This document shows, in pieces, positions 35,177 to 47,546 of a DNA stretch of 64,000 bases. The notes beneath the pieces were generated by a model. It made no database searches. It saw nothing but the letters and a program-made list of their open reading frames with translations, and was not told the DNA's origin. The translations under genes and the position numbers were made by a program. Each line of letters opens with the position of its first letter. Positions within the stretch are counted from its first letter, which is position 1. This DNA is from Mantamonas sphyraenae STR306 (taxonomy: Eukaryota; Protista; CRuMs): the NCBI GenBank assembly GCA_026936335.1, contig JAPMXV010000044.1, forward strand, positions 62,001 to 126,000, in the 5' to 3' direction.

Positions 35177-37148
35177 ATGCACACCACCACCTTGGTCGCA
35201 TGGACCCTTTTGCTGTTGATTGTGGGTGCGTCGTGCCAGGTGATCCCACGCAGTGCGATGAGCAGCAGCGAGGAGGCTCGTGAGGAGGCTCGCGTGCGTG
35301 CTCAGGGCACTCCGTTTCCTGAAGGCGAGCGCGTGGATGCAGCCGCGCTTGCCTCTGCGCCGTACGCAGACTGGGCCCACCACCATTGGGTGTGGTTTGC
35401 GTCTCGAGACGCAAACCAGACGTCCATGCTGCAGCTTGCGGCAGACTACATGGAACGCAACATCCCTGTGGGCGCCGTCGACCTCGACAGCCTGTGGTCA
35501 ACGGGCGTCAACAACTTTGAGTGGGATACCTCCAAGTATCCCGACGCCAAGGGCATGATCGACCAGTTCCACAGCAAGGGGATCAAGGTCATCTGCTGGG
35601 TCACCTCCATGGTCGACACCGACTCGTCCAACTTCAACGAGGGAAAGGAGAAGGGCTACTTTCTCAACGACGGAAAGACCATCAAGTGGTGGCACGGCCA
35701 CGGTGCCTTTATCGACTACACCAACCCGCAGGCTCTGGATTGGTGGCATGCCCAGATGGACAATGTCCTCAACGTGGGCGTTGACGGCTGGAAGTGCGAC
35801 GGCACAGACCCCTACACCTTTGAGCTTGTCCTGCCGCGCGGTAAGTACTGCGTGTTGTCTCTGCCCCCCCCCCTCCCCGTGTGTGTGCGTGTGTGTGTGT
35901 GTGTGCAAGTGTGTCAACTCACTCCTCTTACTCACCTCCCCACCCCTCGCTGCAGGCCACGCTGGATTCATCACCGAACGCGAGTACGCTGACATGTACT
36001 ACGGCGACTTTTTCGAGCACACACGCAAAGTGCGTGGACCCGAGGCACTGATCATGTCGCGACCAGTGGACTCGTACAACAACCTGCTGTACTTCCGCTT
36101 CTCGCCGCGAGACACCGTGTTCTCGGGCTGGGTGGGCGACCAGGACCCCACCTTTGAAGGTCTGGTTGATGCCATGGGAAACATTGTACACAGCGCATGG
36201 GCCAATTATGTCAACTTTGGCTCGGACATCGGCGGGTACCGAACGGGAGGGCCCAAACCGCTGGGCCGCACCAAGGAGCTGTTCACACGCTGGTTCCAGA
36301 TGGGTGCCTTTGTTCCGCTCATGGAGAACGGTGGTGAGAACGAGCATCGCCCCTGGATGTTTGATGAGCCAGGCAGCAACGAGACCCTGGACACGTACCG
36401 CCTGTTTGTGCACAACCACATGGAGCTCGTCCCGTACCTGCTGACCACAGGCACACAGTCGTTCGAGCAGGGCATCAGCAGCATCCGCCCAATTGCCGAG
36501 CACGTTGACCTGTCCCCGTCCACCTACGACTACCTTCTGGGTGACTCAATCCTGGTGTCGCCTGTGCTCAAGCCCAATGTCTCGTCGTGGAAGGTGGACT
36601 TCCCCAAGGGCGACAACTGGGTCGACTGGTGGAACCCCAGCGATGTGTACCCCGGAGGAAGCACAGTCAACTACCCGACACCTCTTCACACGCTGCCCGT
36701 GTTCAAGAAGGCCGGAGCCATGATCCCGCTGCACGTGGAGGATGCAGTCACCGGCCACGGCGACGCTTCGTACGCAGACGCATACACCGTCATGGTGCAT
36801 AGCCCCGGACGCCAAGGGTATCAGGAGGTGCGTGAGCATCTGGCGGATGGCATGCAGCTGTGGTACTCGCGCACGCAGCGCGAGGGCCAGCTGCACTTTG
36901 CCGCCAGTGCACACACTCGCCCTGTCATCTTTGTGATCCAGGGCGTGCATGCACCCACGTTGGTGTTGGATGTAGTGCATGACACCCTGTTGCAGCAGCA
37001 CACGAGTCATGCCCAGCTCAGCACTGCCCGCCTTGGCTGGCACTACGACGTAAACACAAACACCCTGGTCATCCGCCCTCCTGCCGACGACAAGAACGGT
37101 GTCAAGGTGCAGCTGCAGGGTGCCGAGAACCTTTTTGCAAGCAAGTGA
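35177..37148 (+). CDS. Secreted/lysosomal glycoside hydrolase family 31, 1 intron (35841-35955)
   Basis: Signal peptide; NIPVGAVDLDSLW, nucleophile GVDGWKCDGTD, acid/base WVGDQD, GSDIGGY and ELFTRWFQMGAF. Confidence 0.9.
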
Positions 37149-37209
37149 ACGAATGAAAGAGCTGGAACGCACCTGCGCCACCTGACCCAGTCCCCCCGCT
37201 TTGCCCACC

Positions 37210-39623
37210 ATGGACGACTCAGACGTCAAGGCAGAACCTGTTATGGACATTATGGCCACAGAATTGTTTGGTGGCGGCCTCTTCTCGGCCAAGCAGGCTG
37301 AAAACAACGCACACGCGGTACCGCTAAAGCACACAGGCCGTGCCGTGTTCTTCACCCGCATGGGCGACACGGTGGACCGTAAAGACATCCTTTCATGGTG
37401 TGGGGCCACAGAAGGCACAGCCACCACGGCGTGCCTGTGCCAGGCCAAAAGCAATGAGGACGGCAACAACCCGGCCACGAACACGAGCATGGTGATGTGC
37501 TGCAACTGCCATCGCTGGTACCACGTGACCAATCCAGATAGTAAGCGCCGCACCGGTGCGCCTTCCATGTGTGCAAAAGCACCGTTTTCGCAAGTCTATG
37601 TGTGTCTATCTGTGTCTGTGTGCCCTTGGACGACTGACACTTGCGTTTCGCGCGCTCTTCCCGCGCAATCCGCTCAGCTTGCACCTCCTTCCACGGCCTG
37701 ACAGGCAAGGAGCGTATCCATGGCGACTTTGGTCTGGCCTACAAATGCCGCGTCTGTCTGAACGGCCGCGAAGAGTATGGTCGCTACATGCTCACGTTCA
37801 CAGAGGTGACGGCTGTGGTGATCAAGCACTTGTCGACGATTGGCACCCCGTGCACGCGCGCGTACGTTTCCAGCCCCCCCAATTAGCTCGCACCACATCA
37901 CACCGGCACGCACCATCCCATCCATCTTTGTTCTCTGACCCTGATTGGCTCTCTTTGCCGTGCGGACACACTTCACCCCACAGCAACATCTTTACCTTTC
38001 TGGCCACGCACCCCGAGCTGTTGCCAGGGGTGTCGCCAAATCTGAAGGACTGGGAAGCAGCACCGTGGGACCAAAAGATGGAAGAGCACCCCAAGTTTGT
38101 GTACGCACAGGAGGAGCAGCCCAACGGCGAGTGCGAGCTCGTGTTCAGTCTGGATTCCTCTCTCGACCTCTTTTGGGTTCCCGGGGCCGTGCGCTCTCAC
38201 CGTGAGGTTGTCCATGCATTTGAGCCGCAGCGCAGCAAGCGCAGCCGTAGTGACATGCAAGATGACAACGATGACGACGATGACGACGACGACAGCAACG
38301 ATGGCGACGACCCACCCCTGGGCAGCAGCACAGAGGTGGACGCCTCTCCTGTCAAGCACCGACGCAAACATGCACGCACAGAAGTGACCCAATTCCACCG
38401 CATCAAGAACCCCATCCCGCTGATGGAGTTTCCTTCGTGTGAGTTTCCGCTGCAGCTCCCAGCTCCCAGCTCCGGGTCATCTTCCCCATTGCACAAGGCC
38501 TGCGACTCACCCACCCACCCCTCCGAAACATACAGTGCCCAAGTCCATTCCACCCATGCAGTTCTCAAAAACGGACGACTGGTCGGCCAGTAGCATCCGG
38601 GTCAAGAGCAACGGCACGACCGTGAGCAACCACACAGGATATGCACTGGCGAGGTGTGTGCACGGCGTGCTCAAGGGCGCCTGGTACTTTGAGGTCACCA
38701 TGGGCGTCGACAACTACTGCGACAACCCGGATCCCCACATGCGCGTCGGTTGGTGCACACCAGAGGCCGGCAAGGAGATGCCTCCCGGCACAGACAAGTT
38801 TGGCTACTCCTTTGGCGACAAGAATGGCTACAAGATCCATGATGGCAAGCCGCGCCTGTACAGCGACTCGTACCAAGTCGGCGACGTCGTAGGCTGCTAC
38901 ATCTTCCTCGACCGGCCTGAAAGCGACGAAGAGATTGAAACAGAGCGCAAGAATCTGTTGTGGGAACGCCATGTCAACGAATTTTATCCCCTCGAGAAGC
39001 CCAAGGACCCCGAAGAGCGTCTCGACAGCGCTCGCATTGTCTTTGTAGTCAACGGAAAGCCACAGGGTGTGGCCTTTGCAGACGCAGAGGTGTTCAAGGG
39101 TGAATACCATCCCTGCGTGGGGCTTTTCTACGGCGCCGAGGCAGACTTTAACTTTACCGGCCCCTGGATCAACCAAGACGTGTTCTCCTCACACACAGAT
39201 CTGTTTCCGCAGGCTCCCCGCCCCATGGCCGAGGCACGGCCAGAATACTGTGCGGACGCCGATCCACGCATCCGCAGGCAAATGGCCTATCGCGCGGTCC
39301 ACGGCAGCCGCGCAGAGCTTCCTGAGGAACTTCAGCTTCTTGAGCAGCGCCAGGCTGCCCAACAGCGCGCCGAGCAGGCTGCAATGGAGGCCGAAATGGC
39401 ACGTGCGGCCCGCAAGCGAGAGGCTGCTGCTGCGGACGCCAGTACGATTTCCTCGGCTGTCGACATCACCCTTCCAGACGCCGCCGACACTATCCCCACC
39501 TCTTCCTCCTCTTCCTCCTCCTCATCCTCCTCCTCATCCTCCTCCTCCTCATCATCATCATCATCCACAGCGCCAAAACCCGATCCCAGCACGGTCATCG
39601 ACAAAATCGAAATCGACGAATGA
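37210..39623 (+). CDS. ASH2L: ASH2/BRE2-like COMPASS subunit (PHD-like plus SPRY), about 3 introns
   Basis: C.C...MVMCCNCHRWYH...YKCRVC PHD-like region. SPRY GYALARCVHGVLKGAWYFEV...PHMRVGW...PPGTDKFGYSF...NGKPQGVAF. Confidence 0.8.
39500..39566 (+). repeat. (TCC/TCA)n tract encoding poly-Ser at the ASH2 C-terminus
   Basis: Directly visible. Confidence 0.9.
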
Positions 39624-39682
39624 ACAGAACTGAACTCGACTGCATTCCGCACCCCTCCCTCGCTCCAACACACATGAACGGA

Positions 39683-42600
39683 TCAATCCTTCACAACCAG
39701 CAAGCGAGGCGCCACATTCATGGCCATCAGCTCCTGGAAAAGCAGCTTGCATGCATACGGCAGTGTGACCTGCGAGATCTTGGTCGTGTTGCTGCACCCG
39801 TTGCAGCTGTAGGTGTTCTTGCTGAGGTTGGCAATGGCGATGAGACCACAAATGTCGCACACGTGCACGCGGTATGCGTCAGACACCGAAAACAGGCGCT
39901 CGCGCAGAAACTGCGCCGCTCCGTGTGCAATGATGCAATCGCGCTCCATCTCTCCAAAACGCAGACCTCCCTCGCGCGCACGTCCCTCCACTGGCTGGCG
40001 CGTCAGCATCTGCAGCGGACCACGTGCGCGTGCATGGATCTTGTCGTCCACCATGTGCTTCAGGCGCTGGTAGTACGTTGGCCCAATAAACAGGTGCGCC
40101 TCCAGCTTGCGGCCCGTGTGACCATTGTACAGCACTTCCCATCCGCGGCGCTGGTAGCCCAATTGGTGCAGACTCGTCGACACGTTGTCCACCGTCACGT
40201 CTGTAAACGGCGTGGCGTCGCCCTCCTTGCCCTGCGTCGCGCTCACCTTGCCCATCACACACTCAATCAGCTGTCCGATAGTCATTCGGCTAGGAATGGC
40301 ATGCGGGTTCACAATGATGTCCGGCGTGATGCCTTCGATCGTAAACGGCATGTCTTCCTGTCGGTACGTGATGCCCACTGTACCCTTCTGTCCGTGTCGG
40401 CTCGAAAACTTGTCTCCGATCTGTGGCGTGCGGATGTTGCGCACGCGCACCTTGACAAACCGCGATCCCTCCTTGTCCGTCGTCAGCATCACATTGTCCA
40501 CAATGCCCGACTCTGTGCTACGCAGCTGCACGCTCACGTCGCGCTTCGTCTTTGTGCGCGCCACATCTGCAGCCAGCTCAGCGTCTGGAATCGGCACCGT
40601 CTTGCCCACAATGATGTCTTCGCCAGACACGCGCGTACCGGGCGGCAACAATCCGTCCTCATCCAGCTTTTCGTAGCCTGCCTTCATGCGCAACTTGTCC
40701 ACCTGCTCCGGGTCCGGCCGTTCCAGCGACTCGGCGGTTTGGTCGTCCTTCTTCTCCGTCGTAGCGTACGTGCGATAGAACATGGAACGGAACAGACCGC
40801 GGTCGATCGAGCTCTGGTTCATGATCACCGAATCTTCCTGGTTGTAGCCCGAGTAGCATGCAATGGCCACCACTGCATTTTGGCCAGACGGCAGCTCGCG
40901 GAAGCGCAGTTGGTCCATGGCGCGTGTGCACACAAGCGGCTTCTGCGGGTAGAACAGAATGTGTGCCAACGTGTCCATGCGCAGGTGGAAGTTGGTCAGA
41001 TACACACCCATGGCCTGCTTGCCCATGGCCGACTGGTACGTGTTTCGCGGGGACTGGTTGTGGTCGGGAAAGGGAATGATCGACGCACACACGCCCAGAA
41101 TCAGGCTTGGATGGATTTCTGCGTGTGTGTACGAGTGCGAGTAGGCGTTCGGGTTCGTGCGGGCCTCCTTCAGGTCTGCCAGCGTCATGGCAATCATCAC
41201 TGTCTCCTCTTCTTCGGTGTCCACATACTCGATGAGGCCGTTGGACAGCACGTACGTCCAACCCTTGTCTGCAGGCGTCACGCTTTCGTCCATCAGATCC
41301 TCCAGATGCGACTTTTTCATGTTCAGCGCCTGGCTGTCCGTGTGCACCACAAACAGAGGACGCATGCACCGTCCTGCATCTGTGCGGATGTGAAGCTCAC
41401 GGTCGTGGATGTGGCGCACCACAGACACCTCTTCGCTAAGGTCGTTGCTGCGTCGCAGGTCGCGCAGCGTCTGAGCAAGGTAGTGCGGATCGTTGTGCAC
41501 GCCGACCCACGCGCCGTTCACAAACACCTTTGTGCCCGCCCCGATGTTTGTCGTCGTGTCCTCCAGGTTCTCCATGGCCCACTCATCCAAGAATGTCATG
41601 GCCGGTTGCGGCGGTGTACCCACGCTCACATACGTGGTCATGGCCAGGTTCTTCACCAGACCCACCGCCTGGCCCTCGGGCGTCTCTGCAGGGCACACCA
41701 TGCCCCAGTGTGTGTTGTGCAGCTGGCGAGGAGGCGCAATCTTGCCTTCGCGGCCCAGCGGCGTGTTGAGACGTCGCAGATGCGACAGCGTGGACGTGAA
41801 TGTGAAGCGATTCAGCACTTGGGCCACACCCGCCTTGGCTCCCAGTTCCTTTGTGGCCGACCAGTTGCCTGTGGCCAAGGAGTAGCGCAGGCCGTCTGTG
41901 ATGGCCTTGCTCTTGAACGCCATAGACACGTTCAGATCCTTGCGCTTGTTCACTGCGTTCTGCAGCTCCGCCTTGGCCTCCTTGTGAACACGACGGAACA
42001 GAGCGCGGAAAAGCGTGGAAATCAAGGGCCCAGCCAAGTCCAAGCGCTTGTTGCCGTAGTGGTCACGGTCGTCGTCCTTGCGCCTGCCCAGCGCAGCCAT
42101 GAGCATCTTGTGCACCATGTAGCCCAGGAAGTACGCCTTTTTGGTCTCTGTAAACTCGCCTACGCCCACATGCGGCAACATGTAGCGCATCAGGTTGGTG
42201 CGCGCCGTGTGCTGGCGCTGTGCCTTGTTGGCTCCCACAGTCGAGCCACGTCGGCCGATGTAGTCCAACGCCACGTCTGCGTCCTGGATGGGCATCGACT
42301 CCTCCAACGACGGCCGCAGCATTTCCATCAGCGCAAAGTCGTTCATGTCGAAGCAGATGTGAGCCAGAATCTCCTTGTCCGGGATGTAGCCCAGCGCGCG
42401 GAAGATGATCACCAGCGGGATCTCCTCGCGGATGTACGGCAGCTCCACTCGGATGACCTGGCCGTTGATCTGCAGATGCGAGAGAAAGACACACATGGCG
42501 ACAAGTAAGGGGGGTGGTGTGAGCGTGTGAGTGGGTGACTCGGTTTGCGGGTGCGGTGCGGGTGCGGGGTGGGTGCGGGCGTGGGCGGAACGCGACAAAC

Positions 42601-44040
42601 GTACACCTTTGGCCTGGCCTTGGGCCATCAGCTTGACCTTGAGTGCAGGTGCACTCTGGTTGCCTGCCTCTGGTGTGGAGCGAATCTCAGCGACGATAGA
42701 GACACGCGCGCTTTTGCGGTTGGAAAACACATAGACATGGTTGCTGGACATGCGTTCCTGGGCAACCACCACCTTCTCTCCTCCGTTGATGATAAAGTAT
42801 CCTCCCGCGTCGTACATGCACTCGCCCACCTGCGTGCGACCGCGGTCGTCCATCGTCGACAGCTGGCAACACTCGCGCGACCTCACCATGATCGGGATAC
42901 GCCCGATGAAAAGGTTGCCCTGCAGTGATGGTGGTGTGCGCCGTGAGTATGTCCGAGTCTGGGCGGGCTTCCTGTCGTCATCGCCTCGTCGCTGCACCCT
43001 CTACGACCTACCGACTGCGTTTCGTACGCCTCGTCGCCATCGCCTAGACTCAGCAGGCTGTAGTTGACATAGATCGGGGACGAGTAGGTCAGATTTCGCA
43101 AACGCTGTGGGGTGTGTAAACGTGTACATCCGTGAGAGCGAAGACGGTGCACGTGGCCAGACTGGGTGTTAGCACGCAGCTGCTCACGCCCCTTGCATTC
43201 CGCGCCTTGCCGCCAAAAACACGCGCTGTGCGGCCTGTCCTCGCTACATACCGCCTCGTTGGGAAACATGGCCACCACCTGGCCATCCGACTCTTGGTGT
43301 GTCGGACGACTGAGGTAGATCTGGTCGAAGGACACCACATGTCGCAGCTGTGTTTGGGAAGCCGGTGTGATCGCACCTTTCTCGGCGTCAGTGCCTCGCC
43401 CACCATCCGCCTACGCCTTTCTCTCCGTGCCCATGGATGTGCCGTCACTCGCAGCCACTTGGCACACACCGCACGGATGTTGGGGCTGCATCTGTGCGTT
43501 TGCACGCCCGTTTGTGGCTGTGTGCGGCGCCGGCGAGCGAGTTGGAAGAGGGAAACTCGAGACACGCCAGGAACTCACGCTGCCAAGCACCCCGCGGTCC
43601 ACGTCCATCTCCTTCTGCGACGGGTCATACTGGTTCTGGTAGCGCAGCTCGATGTTGGGCTGTTCTTCCACAATCACAGGCAGGGAACTGTGTGTGGTGG
43701 GCGCGCGGGGTACCCGCAGAGTGTCAGCACGCAATTCCCTTTTGCTCTCCCAGCCGGCTCTCGCCACATATCACGCTGCGTACCTGCGCAGAAAGTCATC
43801 GAAACTGTCCAGTTGCTGTCGCACAAGACCCTTCTCGTTGAAGAATGCCTGCACCACCGCCCACGCATCCTCCTGCACCAGCTCGTCCTCCTCGTACGTT
43901 CCCTCGAACGGCAGGTCCTCCTCCGCAACCGTGTTAAAGGCGTCTGTTCACACACGCCCTCGTATTGTCAGCATGCCCACCCTTCCCCCACAGCCCGTGT
44001 CCCGTCCTTCTCTGCTCCCATGCTCACCTTCAATGTCCAT
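39683..44040 (-). CDS. RPB2: RNA polymerase II second-largest subunit, about 6 introns at the 5' end
   Basis: MDIE|DAF...[66 protein letters not shown] and [13 protein letters not shown]. Confidence 0.97.
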
Positions 44041-44167
44041 GTTGCTTGGAGTTTTTGGCTGCCGCCTCCCGGGCTGCGCTCCTCCTCCCACCTCGACGCA
44101 CACCTTCGCTTCCACCACCGGCTTCAACTTCCTTCCACCCTCTTTTCCTTTCCTTCCGGCAATCTCC

Positions 44168-45689
44168 ATGTCCACTCTCACGGGCCTGAGCTCCGTTCCG
44201 CAGGACGACCAGCCAGAGGAGCCGGCGGAAACGCCAGCCAGCTCCGCCATCCAGTCTGCCAAGCTGCGCGAGCTACTCGATCACGACGGCGACCACGAGG
44301 AGCGCAAAGAGGTGGTTGTCGACGGCGACGTGGTTCCGCTCATGGACAATGGACACCTGGGTGTCACGACACTTCTGGGCTCCAAACACGTTCTCGTCGA
44401 GTCCAAAACCAAGACCATTGTGCCCGTCGACGAGCACGGCGTCTCTGTATGTGCCCTCAAACCCGACCGCCAGTACCACTCTCTGTCCTTGTGGCAGCTC
44501 TACTTTCAAATGGTGGCCAACGAAGAGGGACGTGGCGCAAAGGTTGTCAAGCCAAAGCGCATCGCCGTCACCTGGTACCAGCCCGAACTCACGGGCGACG
44601 TGAGACCCCCTGCTCTCACATCCCACACAGCCGTCGTCACCTCTGCAAAAGATATGCTCGTGTTTGGCGGCATGCTTGAGTCTGGGTACGTCCTGCCCCG
44701 CTTCCACCTTTCGTCTCTCTCTCTCCCTCTCTCTCTTTCTCTCACTGTGCTGACCCTCGAGTGTTTTTTGTTTTTCTCCCTTTCGCAGCAATGCTAGCAA
44801 CGAATGCTACCTGCTCTCGAGCGAAACAGGCACATGGTCGCTCCTGAAACCCACTGGCGACATCCCACAACCGCGCTACTACCACACTGCCGTCCTTGTC
44901 GACAACCAAATGCTCGTTTTCGGCGGTATCAATGACGAGGGCCTTTTGTGTGACAACGACATGTACGTGCTCGACCTGGACACCCTGGAGTGGCGCATCG
45001 AGGAGGTCCACGGCGACTCTCCTCTCCCACGGTATGGACACACATGCAACGTCTTCCAGGACAAGCTCGTGTTCTTTGGTGGCATGGGGGTCGAGCCCGT
45101 CAAGAGCATGTTCTCCACAGCCAAGTACACGAAGAAACTGCTGAACGATCTTTATGTGTACGACGTGCGCAGCTCTGTATGGCTGCAAGTGCCCACCACA
45201 GGCGACCCGCCCGTGCCCACCGCCTTTCACGCTGCCACCATCTGCGGCGACTCTCTGTACATTTACGGCGGCAAGGTCGCCTCGGTGCTGGGTGTGCAAG
45301 TGCCCACCAACCAGCTCTGGGTGCTCCAGCTCCGCTATTGGAGCTACCATGGGCCTTACGACTACGGCATCCGACGTGGAGGCAGCACCAGTGGCGTCAC
45401 GGCACATTCGCTGACCTCAATCGGCCAAAATGTCCTCGTCCTCTTTGGAGGCGACCATCTCGTCAACCAGCGTGCTGGAAGGCTCCTGTTTATGGATATC
45501 CAGACCCCATCGTGGCTCCAGCCACGCTACATCATCGGAACCGAACCTCGACTGAGCGGCCACTCCATGGTGCGCATCGGCACAGCCATCTGGCTGTTTG
45601 GTGGCCGCGACCTCCAAGGCCTCACCAACGACCTCCACGTCCTGGATCTGGCCGCCATTTTCGCCAACTTGCAAAAGCACACGATGTAA
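44168..45689 (+). CDS. Kelch-repeat protein (HCF/RABEPK-type), 1 intron
   Basis: Six repeats of P.PR..HT...L.VFGG...ND...LD. Confidence 0.85.
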
Positions 45690-45739
45690 CAAAACGGGTG
45701 GGGAGAAAACCTGGCGATGAATTGGTCCAGTCCCAGGAA

Positions 45740-47461
45740 TCAAACATCCACCACCGCCGACACGCTGACGGCATCCACGTCCAGCTGCACATTTGCCGCA
45801 CCACTCTTGGCCAAAGCCAGCTGTGCACCCAATTCGCCAGCCGTCATCGTCACACGCACATGGGTCCACGCATCGTTGTTTCCCTTCACCGCCGGTGAAC
45901 ACTCGGTGGGCTTGCCTTGCACCAGGAGCGAGGCGCCCAACGCCGAGCAACGCATGCGCAGGTTCACAGCCACCTGTGTGCCACTGTTTCCCCCCGAAAC
46001 CTTGCGCACAGGCTGAGTCACATTGCTGCCCTCTGCAGACAGTCTCAGAAAGTGCCAGCTGTCGTATGCGCTGGCACCTTGTACAACCACAGCCCCATGC
46101 GCCATCCACGCGTCCAGACCGCTTTCGAACGATCCATTGTCCACCAGGTTCACCCCTCCCGATGCCATTTGGGTGTATTTGGTGCCCGTTGTGGTCACCG
46201 ACTTGCCGATGCACAACGAGTTGATGCAATCCGCCTTGTCCTGCTCGCCCAAAGATCCGCACTTGCTCGGGTTGGCATTGCTGTTGAACCAAAACCACCG
46301 ATCAATGATGCCCGTGCTTGAGAACGTCCCAATCATCCTCTCCATGTACTCGTCCGTCTCCTTGCGCGACGGGAAGTTCCAGTTGCCTGGTCCAAACTCG
46401 GTCACCCACATCGGCCGCCACGTTTCCTCTGGCAAGGTTTCGGCCACCAGTTCACGGTATCGTGCGATGCTTTCCATGTTCTGGCGCATCGAGTGCTCGT
46501 TGCATCCAATCTCCGGGTACACATGGGTGGAAAACACGTCGGGCACGACATTGTGGGCCTTCAGGCCCTCCAGCAGCTTGCGCACGTACAAGTCCACCCA
46601 TGTCTTTGTGGGTGCAAAGACAGCCCCGACCACCAGCTTGGCACTGGGGTCCAGCGACTTGATCAGCGCATGGAAGGAGGCAAAGTAGGCTGCGTAGTCG
46701 GCGGCCTCGACGTGCGGAAACCAGTTGGGCTCGTTGGCAACAGCCCAGTGCTGTGCATGGTTCACCTTGTTGCTCAATCGCTCTGCAATCCAGCTGCTCT
46801 CGTAGGCAAACACGTCCTCCAGCGAACACGGCTCTGTATGGACGGCCAGGTCGCGGTCCCGAAACACAGGATTTGAGCCGCTCTCGCTGAACTCGGCCCC
46901 GTTGCTTGTGCGAAGCGTCACGTTGACAGATGAGCCCACCGTGGGTGTCTCTTTGCCACACACCGACAGCCGAGTGGTCCGCTCTGCGTGGTGCTCCAGC
47001 TGTTTGCTACCCACCTGCAACACACAGTGGCCCTTGCACCGAGCCGTCAGGCACACTGTCTGGTTGGGTCTGTGTGTCTGTACACTCTGGGTCAATGACG
47101 CAGCCCCGTTGGCCTTGGCCACACCGCCGTCTGCGCTCACGCGGCCTGTCACATGCCACCCGTTCAGGCCATTGAAATTTGGGTTGGTGAGCTTGTCCAC
47201 GCCAACGTTGGACTCCCGCGCGTCCAGCTCTCCAACGCTGTACAGAAACGAGTCGGCGCCACTTTGATCTCTTTCGTAGCATTCGTTCTCCGGATAGTAT
47301 TGCAGAGGCTGTGCGAGCGAACACAGCGGCGGGAAACCCTCCATGGCAAACCGAGCATCCAACTGGCTACTGCCAGACGCATGCCCACACAACGACAACG
47401 CCAGACACAGTTGGAGCAGCAATGCGGCCACCAGTGCATGCGCTTGACTGTGTTTGAGCAT
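45740..47461 (-). CDS. Secreted clan GH-A glycoside hydrolase (GH128/GH39-like) with two CBM4_9-like modules
   Basis: Signal peptide; WAVANEPN (acid/base), FSTHVYP and PMWVTEFG (nucleophile). CBM-like starts LTNPNFNGLNGW and NLVDNGSFESGLDAW. Confidence 0.78.
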   Translation of the reverse strand: MLKHSQAHALVAALLLQLCLALSLCGHASGSSQLDARFAMEGFPPLCSLAQPLQYYPENECYERDQSGADSFLYSVGELDARESNVGVDKLTNPNFNGLNGWHVTGRVSADGGVAKANGAASLTQSVQTHRPNQTVCLTARCKGHCVLQVGSKQLEHHAERTTRLSVCGKETPTVGSSVNVTLRTSNGAEFSESGSNPVFRDRDLAVHTEPCSLEDVFAYESSWIAERLSNKVNHAQHWAVANEPNWFPHVEAADYAAYFASFHALIKSLDPSAKLVVGAVFAPTKTWVDLYVRKLLEGLKAHNVVPDVFSTHVYPEIGCNEHSMRQNMESIARYRELVAETLPEETWRPMWVTEFGPGNWNFPSRKETDEYMERMIGTFSSTGIIDRWFWFNSNANPSKCGSLGEQDKADCINSLCIGKSVTTTGTKYTQMASGGVNLVDNGSFESGLDAWMAHGAVVVQGASAYDSWHFLRLSAEGSNVTQPVRKVSGGNSGTQVAVNLRMRCSALGASLLVQGKPTECSPAVKGNNDAWTHVRVTMTAGELGAQLALAKSGAANVQLDVDAVSVSAVVDV

Positions 47462-47546
47462 GGGAAGGGAGCGGGCGATGTGTTGGTTTGCGCACGGCGG
47501 AGCAGAGCAACCTGTGTTTGCGTGCGTGTGTGTTGTGCGGAGAGAC

